This document shows, piece after piece, positions 63,750 to 64,000 of a DNA stretch of 64,000 nt. The stretch spans positions 14,888,088 to 14,952,087 of the forward strand of contig NC_057749.1 of assembly GCF_004010195.1 (NCBI RefSeq). The letters run 5' to 3'. The first letter of the stretch is position 1; the number at the start of each line of letters is the position of its first letter. The position numbers and the translations under genes were made by a program. The notes under the pieces were generated by a model. It did no database searches. It was not told the DNA's origin and was given only the letters and a program-made list of their open reading frames with translations. The stretch comes from Chiloscyllium plagiosum. Taxonomy: Eukaryota.

Positions 63750-64000
63750 CTGTCAATAACATTTGCAATAACATTAGCAAATCTGCTGATGATACTAAGC
63801 TGGGTGGCAGGGTGAAATGTGATGAGGATGTTAGGAGATTACAGGGTGACCTGGACAAGTTAGGTGAGTGGTCTGATGCATGACAGATGCAGTTTAATGT
63901 GGATAAATGTATGGTTATCCACTTTGTTGGCAAGAACAGGAAGGCAGATTACTACCTCAATGGAATCAATTTAGGTAAAGGGGCAGTACAGAGAGATCTG
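63750..64000 (+). mobile_element. CR1-type LINE RT fragment, runs off the window end
   Basis: NISKSADDTKLGGRV...LQGDLDKLGEWSDA*QMQFNVDKC. Confidence 0.9.

Noticed and set aside
40320..64000. Exons of a neighbouring gene (DUOX1 lies next to SHF in human)
   Set aside because: No recognisable DUOX or other host-protein peptide in the ORF track or by eye.

Overview
Repeat-dense vertebrate genomic DNA, most likely a shark or other elasmobranch, judged from HE1/V-SINE-type SINEs, CR1/HER1-type LINEs, DeuSINE remnants and the minisatellite families present. It is a scaffolded assembly with five N-gaps. The only confident coding sequence is the terminal exon (36890-37076, +) of an SHB/SHD/SHE/SHF-family SH2 adaptor gene, best matching SHF. 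It is followed by a probable ~3.2 kb 3'UTR; no upstream exon was found in the preceding 36.9 kb. The rest is decayed LINEs and SINEs, a Rex1/Babar LINE with nested Penelope-like elements carrying minimal hammerhead ribozyme motifs, a probable solo LTR, and several minisatellites (20, 26, 33, 44 and 69-70 bp units). The most unusual structure is a 4.7 kb array of a quasi-palindromic, apparently SINE-derived 33-bp unit enclosed by 157-bp inverted arms (51131-56085). A second locus (3075-4502) shows the same unit switching strand at its internal palindrome. All long ORFs in the supplied track come from repeats or gaps. Family assignments rest on recalled consensus sequences and were not database-checked; many element boundaries are approximate.
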